Shown here: piece by piece, positions 54,889 to 64,000 of the stretch
Layout of the letters: each line of letters begins with the position of its first letter
How positions within the stretch are numbered: the first letter of the stretch is position 1
NCBI GenBank assembly: GCA_951406725.2
Contig: OX597820.1
Location: 83,452,001-83,516,000, forward strand
Direction: 5' to 3'
Source: Octopus vulgaris
Taxonomy: Eukaryota
Length of the DNA: 64,000 nt
Made by a program: the position numbers and the translations under genes
Notes under the pieces: model-generated
What the model was told of the DNA's origin: nothing
The model's input: only the letters and a program-made list of their open reading frames with translations
Database searches by the model: none

Positions 54889-55370
54889 CATATATATAAA
54901 TTTATATATATATATATATATTAGAATATTATTGTTCGCTTGGAGCATTATCTATTGTTTGTAGAATATAACGTGTCTTGAATTGCACAAGGCAGAGTGG
55001 ACTATAATATCATTTATAATTCAATTATCCATAGTCTGAGATAATGATAATATTTCAGAATACAAAAAAAGTCCTTCTTCAGATATCACTAAGAATTGAT
55101 CGAGTCACTGCTATAATCATTAAAATCCAGAGATCGAGGTGTGGGTAGAAAGTTAGCTTCAAGCATAAAAAATATAAAAAAACAACTTTCAGAGACAGTG
55201 GGGGTTTATTGACACGGAAGATTGTGCTTTAACACTATTCTGTTAGCAATGCGATATTTTCAATTTTAAATTCATTACTATAAATGTCAGATAGTATTCA
55301 AAGCCCGTGCTACTAGTTACATATATATTTATGTAAAAACTTCGATCGAAGATAGAAAATATAGGTATTT

Positions 55371-55415
55371 GTTATGCCTATTTCAGGGGCCATTGCCCCT
55401 TCATCAGCATATCAC
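55371..55415 (-). ncRNA. Degenerate minimal hammerhead motif
   Basis: Minus strand reads UAUG-CUGAUGA-AGGGGC-aaug-GCCCCU-GAAA-uagg-CAUA. Core and stems I and II are intact, but the cleavage triplet is non-canonical. Confidence 0.55.
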
Positions 55416-55439
55416 CTAACGCAGCAACTAGCCACGAAC

Positions 55440-55700
55440 GTATAATTGTATACCCACGAGGTTTTGCGATGTATCAAACTTGGATAGACCAATTTGAATA
55501 TAAAATTAATTCCTGACTAATGGAACGGATATCTAATTGCTGGCAAGGTTACAGCAATTTTATTTGAAACTATAATGTACAAGTAACTGTATTACAGTCA
55601 ATATTCATGTATGCAGTGTGTTACCAGTGCAGAAGTTTCACTTTCAACTATATCTCTATAAGTATTATATAGTATTCAGAGCCAGCACTGCAAGTTACAA
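55440..55700 (-). mobile_element. Very degraded PLE endonuclease C-terminus immediately upstream of the HHR
   Basis: Minus-strand ETSALVTHC and FDTSQ/PRGY remnants resemble the SAxAxH and LxTxxPxGxN motifs. The element may extend to ~56900. Confidence 0.4.
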
Positions 55701-57511
55701 TATTTCACAGATTCGTCCATGGAAATAATGTAAATGAGATAGGAAATATAGGCAAAGGATATGTTTATGCAATGTATGATTTTGGAAGAGACTGATGAAA
55801 CATACATGAGAAAATATGCATTGTGGTAAAAAAAAAAATCAAACAGTATAAGAGCGTACAATGTTGAGGAATCATGAAATGGTAGTTACAGTTGAATGAA
55901 ATCGTCTTTTTCATATAATTTCTTTATATTCGTAAAGAAATGTCATTAACAATATTATATAATGCAACTATACTACAATTTTTAAGTGGGCTGTTAGCGA
56001 CTACCTGCCAAAGCGTAAATTTAGTTAGAAACAAATGTGAAGTTCTGTATGTCTCTGCTATGGAAAACATAGTTTTCTATAAATTAAATAGGCAAACATC
56101 AAATTGTTATGGTTTCTTCCATCTAGAATACCTCGGAATATATGCTCATTTGTGGTAGAGTTGTGAATGTTTCATTCTATTGTATGTGATACTAAGCATA
56201 GTTTGTATGCTATTAAGTATTTCAACCCATAAACTGAATGTAAATATAGTTGTTAAAGCATTATGCGTTGCAGTAGATATGTACTACATAATAACATGCA
56301 CCAGCTTAATCGTTTTAAGATACTTGCTAACACGCATACTGTGTATCGTAATTGATATTTCAAATAAATCCAGCATATTTTACAAGCAAGCGTTAACCCG
56401 AAAGTGTGGACAAAATGGGCATATCATTTTTACTAATTAAGACAGGGCGTTAAAACTGCATATTTTGTTGAAAATCTCTATCCGTTTAATGATTCTTTTT
56501 TCTGTGTATCATCGCATATAAATGATGTGCTCCAAGCAGGAGCAAAATTCCGTTAGTGTGTTATTGACAAAAGATGGTTGCACTCTGTCCAACGCTCACA
56601 AAAACTACAACTTGTTCACGGCAATGATACCATTCATATAGCGAATGCACACAGGCTCATAAAGGCGTCTGAAGATGGGAAACCAGCATTGAGTATATAT
56701 CACGTAACGGGAGTCAATCAACTAATAGCACTAACACAAATTACCAGTAAGTGCACGAAGTTGTTTCTGCAGGCACTCATAATGCGGGAGTTTAATGCAC
56801 AACTGGTTCGTGGTCACAATGCTATATAAATGAGTGAAATGATTTTGTCAGCAAGAAGAGCTGATTCATATGGTTTTCCAACAGTGGACACAATTCAAAA
56901 AGGAAAGGACGGAATTCTGCTTTGAACGGCTATAAGCAATTGAAGTCAGTGATGACACTATCATTATGGTGTAGAGACTAGGTATGAAATGTAACCATAA
57001 ATTAATACCCAGCGCTGCTCAGTTAATGGAAGGGCATCACACCTCAACTCCAACGTCTGAGAATCTAATGAGCCTGTGAGGGACACAGACATTCTCGGAC
57101 ATTTATCCTGATATTCTCGATTGTGTGTGTAAAGTGAAGAGAGAGTGAGAAATTGAAACACGAAGAGATGTAGCGAAAGCGTAAGGGATGGAAATTGTCA
57201 CAGTTACAACATAATTATAAACATACATTCGTAAATATTAATTTTGATATATCTATTATTAGTGTTGTTGTTAGGTCTTTCTTTTGTTCTTCTCTTCATA
57301 ATAGATAATAGTAAAAAACAAACTTCTTCTTGTTGGTGGTGGTATTGTTACTGTTATAAGCAGAGGCGAGCACAAAACAAACAAAAAAATTGTGGGGATC
57401 GCGGCTTTCCATTAAAACTCTCTCTGATAGCTGAAAAGTGTTGCTGAAAATGTTTTGCTAAAATTGCTGTTTCTTTTCAGATATCATCAGAAAAACGTAA
57501 TTAAAATTCAG

Positions 57512-57547
<36 letters not shown>

Positions 57548-57550
<3 letters not shown>

Positions 57551-57712
57551 AGTGGCTGTGTGGTAAGTAGCTTGTTTACCGAGCACATGGTTCCGGGTTC
57601 AGTCCCACTACGTGGCACCTTGGGCAAGTGTCTTGTAACTATGGCCTCGGGCCGACTGAAGCCTTGTGAGTGGATTTGGTAGACGGAAACTGAAAGAAAC
57701 CTGTCGTATATA

Positions 57713-57751
<39 letters not shown>

Positions 57752-57966
57752 ATGTGTTTGTGTGTCTGTGTTTGTCCCCCTAGCATTGCTTGACAACTGA
57801 TGCTGGTGTGTTTATGTCCCCGTTTCTTAGCGGTTCGGCAAAAGAGATCTATAGAATAAGTACTGGGCTAACAAAAGAATAAGTCCCGGGGTCGAGTTGC
57901 TCGATTAAAAGCGGTGCTCCAGCATGACCGCAGTCAAATGACTGAAACAGGTAAAAGAGTAAAGAG

Positions 57967-57968
<2 letters not shown>
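57548..57968 (+). mobile_element. Full-length tRNA-derived CORE-like SINE (octopus OR2-like)
   Basis: A-box-like TGGCTGTGTGGTAAG, B-box-like GGGTTCAGTCCC, CORE-like CACCTTGGGCAAGTG, internal (TA)n(TG)n and an (AAAGAGT)n tail. Inserted in (TA)n. About 8 copies in the window. Confidence 0.9.
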
Positions 57969-57998
<30 letters not shown>

Positions 57999-58150
57999 CT
58001 GTTATGCCTGGGGAGATTCTGTTTGTGCCTTATAATTTAACACACTCATCGGTAAAAGTTTCCACTTATTTCTTATTTCTATTTTCCTAATATTTTCGTG
58101 GCGACTTGGAAATTTTCAATAGTCTTAACTCTCACGACTATATATATATA

Positions 58151-58236
<86 letters not shown>

Positions 58237-58514
58237 GTGTGTTGTGAAGTTATGGAAAGGAATCCCATAAAATTCAACAAATTTGCAAATTTGCTAAAAA
58301 TGGAAGAGAGAAGATGTTGAAATCTAAGAGAATTTTGAAACGCTCTTACATTTCAAAATCTCTTCTCTTCTTCCTTTTTCGGAAATTTGTTGAGTTTTGT
58401 GTGATTCCTGTCCATAAACTCACAATATACCATATACAAGTATTATTTTCATATTTGCATACTTATGCCAGTAAGTTCCCTGCAATATATGAAGAAACTA
58501 TATGAGAAATCTAA

Positions 58515-58716
58515 TATAGACTCCGGCTCCACCTGGGGGTGGTGGCGATTCCTGTTGTACTCCTTCGTTCCAAGTTTCTCTCACTCTTTCTTCCTGTTTC
58601 TTGAGTAACACTGCGATGGTCTGGCATCCCGTCCAGCTGGGGGGAACACATACGTCTCAGAAACCGGGAAACCGGGCCCATGGACCTGGCTAGGCTTGAA
58701 AAGGGCGCATAAAAAA
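58515..58716 (+). mobile_element. SINE with V-domain-like core
   Basis: CTGCGATGGTCTGGCATCCCGTCCAG resembles the V-SINE core, with an A-rich 3' end. A second copy lies at 40590-40700. Confidence 0.65.
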
Positions 58717-59449
58717 ATATACATATATATTTGCTTCGAATTATCCTTTCCGAAGTTTTCATATAATTGAAACATTATTTGATTTAGTTCTTCAATTTCG
58801 TCCGTATTTAATGCTTTGCTAGTTTTTCTTAGTTGTCTTTAAAGCTCAGGCTCTTCTAGAATGCTTTTTATTTGAAGTTTGTGTTGAACAGTTATTGTTA
58901 TTGAGATGAGCGTCGTAGTATATACATCTGCCTTGTTATTCTATGTTATCGTTTGCCAACGCTTACTTTTTCAATAAATTTATACTCACATCTACGTCAT
59001 GGAGAAATGCCTCCCAACTGCAGATACTTGATCAAAACTCTGCGCTTGCTGACTCACATCGATACTGTTTGCAGCTACACGAACCATCATAGGATAAAAA
59101 AAGAATAAAACTTTTCGACTGATAACGATACAGCAAGAGAAATGAACCTGATCTTATATTTGTGATAGGAAAACAATCTACTTTGTTAAGGGAACAAGAA
59201 AATAATGCAAATAAAATGAAGAACGAAAATCGAATTAAGAAAATTTACTAAGATAAATTGGTAGAGAAAAATGTTGAATATCAAGATGATGAAGTCCACG
59301 ATTATTATAATGGACTTGTGTTGGCTGCCGTGGTTTGGATGATGGTGATAACAACACTGATCTGAAGCAGATTGAGTTGATATGGTAATGAGATCGAATG
59401 GTGTTGATTTTATTGATAATTAATATAGTAAATGATGAAGTGGTGTTGA

Positions 59450-60768
59450 AGATCACAGTGATAATTACGATGTTGATGATGATGATGATGAAGATGATCG
59501 TGGTAGTGATAAGGAAAACGATGATGATGTTCTGGTGGAGATGATGTTGCTGCTGATGCTAAAGCTGATAATGATGAAGACGATATTGATAGCGACGATG
59601 ATGTTGGTGATATTTATGACAGTGATGATAAAGTTCATGATGAAGATGATAATAATGATGATGATGATGATGACGACGACGACGACGACGACGACGACGA
59701 TGATGATGATGATGATGATGATGATGAAGATGATGACAAAAGTGGAAAATAGTGTTGGTGTGCTGTTGATGATGACGGTGATTATGGTATAGATGGTAAT
59801 GCACTCAGCGATGGATATAATACAATTCCTGTTTAGACAGTTTAAGCTTGTGAGATGTAAAGTAAGGAGATAACGAGGTGGAAAATTATAGCAAGTTGAA
59901 GAGATTAGAGCTATCTCTGTAACATTCAGTGTCTCGTAGTTGTGGTAGTAGTGGTTTTACAGTGGGAGTAATTTAGTGGTAGTTTTAATTGTATTAGTGA
60001 TGGTTGCGTTGGTGGAGTTGCAGTGGTGATGAATTTAGTTATTGAGTTATTTAAGTGATGTTCTTATGTATGTGTATGTATGTTTTGTAGTTGAGGCGAG
60101 GATAGCGTAGAGATGAGAATAGTGATTATAAAAATATGGTAGTTGTCATTTAAGAGAGAAATTGGTGATATTGTGTTGATGGGGGTACTGGTTGCATCAT
60201 TCATGGTTGGGTCGTGCTGGTGGTGATGATGATGATAATATTGATTGGTGTATTCGTGGCGGTAAATGCAGAGTCAAAACTGGTTTCAAATTTTGGCACA
60301 AAGCCAGCAAACTCGGGGAAGGAGTAAGACGCTTACATCAAAGGCAGTACTTAACTGGTGCATAATAAATTTAACTAAAAATAAAAAAAAAGTTATACTT
60401 GACCACGTCGGGATTTGAACACAGTACGTCAAGAGTGGCGAAATGCCGCACAGAAGTTTTGCCCGGGCGGCTAACGATTCTGCCACATTACCACATTTAA
60501 GGGTGTATTTAATATTGAGGTATTGAAAACTGTGCTGATGTTTAGGGGAGAAGTTTTTTTTTTTTTTTTGCCGTAGAGAAAATGGTGATTGAGATAGTTA
60601 CGATGGTAATAGAGAAATACTTTCTGTGGAAGTTGGTGGTGATTGTTGCGAGGTTGTACTTGTGATGATGATGATGATGATGATGCTGACAGATTTGGGA
60701 AAGGTATCGAAGACATTTGTAGGGCAGCTTATGGAAGTATCGGCAGTAGTATCGGTAATAGTACTGCA

Positions 60769-60859
<91 letters not shown>

Positions 60860-62790
60860 ACGGAGATGTCAGGAGTAAAGATGATGTTGTTAGGTTAGTG
60901 TCGGTGGTTTTGGGGTTGATAGTGATGGTACTTGTCGGAGTGGTGCTGGTTTTGTTACGGATGATGATGATGGTAGTGGTCGCAATATTCATGATGGTAA
61001 TATAATAATGGTGGTGTTTTTTACGTAACTGATGGAAGTACTGGCGTTGGTGTTGACAAATGGTTTGGCTGCAGTAACAAATATTGTAGTGATGGTTATG
61101 GTAGTGGTACTACTGGCTGTAGGGCTTCTGTTTTGTGGAGCCAATAAAGGTGGATGTAGTAGAGATGATGATGGCGCTTGTAGCGTTATTGCTGGTGACG
61201 GTAGTGATGGTATGTTTTGTTTTGAAATGTTATATGTCTCTATCGACGTCTGGTGAAGGCTGTGGATATTAATACGCATCAACGAATCTAAATACTGCGA
61301 GGAACGGAACGTAGAGTCCACTCACGCCTATACTATGCATTTCTTGTACGTTCGCAAGTGAGTAATGCAATCTGCAGATGGAGCGGCACTTCATTGTCAC
61401 AAATGTGTTTATGCCAAAACTTCCGCGTAGTAAAGTGTACCGTCTATTCTCAAGAAGCACGCATCATTCGAGAACCTTCACATCACCTAGTTTTATGTAA
61501 TGAGAACTTGTGTAGCACTATCCATTTCCTTCCAACTCTTGAGGTCTAACTCTAAATATCGTAAAAATAAAAGAGCTGGAAAGGAGACTGCATATCAGAG
61601 AGATAAAAGACTTGTAAGATTCCGACAAAATATTTTTGCAGCCTACCGTTGAGATAGTTTTGTTGGGATTCTATTTATTTCTCTGGCAACACAACGAGAG
61701 TATTTAACCCTGAATTGGTTATCTACTAATTATAATCATTAGCCGCAATCGTACCTACACAGAAAGTTAGATTCCGAATCTTTCAACAAGTTCACGATGG
61801 ATGTTCTAACTACAAGGATCAACATCCCCAGGTAGTTTTACTGCTCTCGGTCAGATACTTGGTCATTTTTGTTATTGTAGTAAAACACGTGGAATGATCG
61901 CAAAGGTACTCGTAGAAACAGTTGTGATGATAGAAGTAACATTCAAGAAGTAAATAGGAGAATGAGCTTAGCATGGTTTCTTGTAGTGATTTCGGATATT
62001 GGCAGTTTTGTTGTTGTGGAGGACGTGGTTGGGATTAAATTGGCTGGGCGATGTATTGGTGTTGATTATTTTGGTGATGAATTGGACGATATTTGTAAAT
62101 GTGATCTGAGTGAAACTTACAAAGGTGTTGGTGGAGGTTATAGCTATGATAGTTATTATTTTTGTACTGATTATGTTGGTGAAGGTTATAAAGGAGATGG
62201 TAGTGAAGGTGATGCATATATAGAGCACTATTGTTGGTGAAGATGGCGCTATGAGGTTGGTGATTTGTGGTGTGATTATTAACAGGGCACTACTGCTGCA
62301 GAGTTAATGTTGGATAGTTTTAAATGTAGTGGTAGTAGTTGTCATTGCGACGTTAAATCTGCTGCTGATACCGGAGATCGTAATGCAATGAACATTGGAT
62401 GCCAGATAATTCCTACTTAGACAGTTTAATTGTGTGAGATGTAAAGTAAGGAGATAACGAGGTGTAAAATTGGTGCAAGTTGAAGAGATTATAGCTATCA
62501 CTGTAACATAGACTGTATTGTATAAGTAGGGGGAAATACCGGCGATGTAGGAATGGGGCTGGTACTGGAGAAGAGTGTATAATAGTGTAGTGTGTTCGAG
62601 GTATAAGGTGGTGGTGCTCTTGATGCAGTGTCATTATTTTTGATACCTGTGATCCTAGTCCTCCTACAGTGGTGTTGATAGTAGATGTTGACGGTGTGAA
62701 AGTCAATGTAGCAATGATCATGTTGATAAATGTAGCGTTGGTGTTAAAGGGGAGAACTGATGATAGTGATGACAGTGGTGATGATGTCAA
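59450..62790. repeat. Low-complexity region of decayed (GAT)n/(GGT)n/(TAG)n triplets, interrupted by unique and SINE segments
   Basis: Pure tracts at 59650-59735 and 60775-60858, with strong G/T strand skew. Confidence 0.85.
60283..60487 (-). mobile_element. SINE (family of 37538-37775), degraded
   Basis: GGTTTCAAATTTTGGCACAAAGCCAGCAA...GGATTTGAAC...GCTAACGATTCTGCCA is the reverse complement of the family. Confidence 0.75.
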
Positions 62791-63834
62791 AGTGGCCTAG
62801 CTGTCCATATTCACGTTCTGAAGAAGGAGTCAGACTAGTAGCAGCAAATGTACCTGAACTAGTAAGTAAAATAACACACACACACACGCATGCACATAGA
62901 CACGCAGGCAGTCAGTCAGACACCACACACACACATACTCACACACACATACATTGAGAGATTAGAGAGTGAGAGAGATTGAAAGGAAATACTAAATTAA
63001 GGAAAAGTGAGTTGCAAACTGGTTCTTTTTACAACATCTCTATTGCAATAGCCATAAAGTTTGTTCGTTCGCTTGCATTTTCCTGCAATTTAGTTATCAA
63101 GTTAAAATTTTAGCTAGACGTTTTTGCTGAAATTTATTTATAGGTTGTGTTAGCTTACGAACCATATGCAGTTGAGATATTTTATGCAATTATGAATAAT
63201 TTTTCCAAATTTATCTCAGTAATTTATTAGGAAAATGAGTTTAGAATTTTAAAAGTAGTATACGGTGACAATTCTAATCATTTTCCTCCATCCGGTTAGT
63301 GCGGTTGGCTTGAAATTTTGCTGTAATTTAAAATATTGTCTTTAAATTTACCGTTTAATTTATAATACCATGCTCAAAATTTTCTTAATGTATTTCCTTT
63401 TGGAGCATAATTTTGAAATCATTTGAAGAATGCTTCGTACTAATATAACTTATGTAGTTATGTAATATAACAAGCGTGTATATTAGATTTCTTCCGTTCG
63501 CTTATTATAAAAATATTGTTGCATTTTCAGGTGCTCTTTAATTTCCAGGAAACATATAATTCGGCTTTAACTTTTAAAGCTAACACTGGAAAGTATCATA
63601 AAATATCTTAAAGTATTTAGAGTCTGATATTGAAAATTCGAATTAAGATAAAATCACCGTCTATCAAAAATTCAGTAAATGGAAGATAATTTCTCTTTCA
63701 AGATTCTAATATTATCCAACTAATCCTCTTATTTCCTGATACCTTTATACCCATCGTCAAGACGTTCGATGTTTATTTTTTCTTCTCTATCTGTCTGTCT
63801 GTTTCACTGCCGGTCTGTCTGTTTCTCTCTGTAT

Positions 63835-63855
63835 ATACATACATACATACATACA

Positions 63856-63915
<60 letters not shown>

Positions 63916-63917
63916 TG

Positions 63918-63967
<50 letters not shown>
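63835..63967. repeat. (CATA)n/(TA)n microsatellite
   Basis: Directly visible. Confidence 0.97.
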
Positions 63968-63969
<2 letters not shown>

Positions 63970-64000
63970 AGCGCACACACATATATAGAAACAATCTCTT

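Overview
This is AT-rich, microsatellite-dense animal DNA. The repeat families look like those of octopus, which is an inference from recognised SINE sequences and was not checked by a search. I see no intact host gene and no intact autonomous transposon, and nearly all ORFs in the track are microsatellite or antisense artefacts. The window is a mosaic of decayed mobile elements: R4/Dong-type RLE LINEs piled into (TAA)n tracts, several Penelope-like element (PLE) fragments, a Tx1/L1-type LINE 3' end, two mariner relics, a hAT-like transposase relic, a Gypsy gag fragment and at least three SINE families. There is one 100-N assembly gap. The most interesting signal is non-coding, a set of type I hammerhead ribozyme (HHR) motifs in three kinds of context. 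(i) A 583-bp-period tandem HHR unit resembling a retrozyme (1034-1932). (ii) A composite element found twice (17730-18196, 32515-33026), built as tRNA-like Pol III head + (AAT)n + minimal-HHR tail and preceded by an inverted copy of its own tail; this suggests a SINE mobilised by Penelope-type machinery. (iii) Truncated PLEs that carry an inverted copy of their own 3' end. A ~550-bp ORF-less element appears to be (TAA)n-specific. One weak candidate host first exon lies at 40193-40291.
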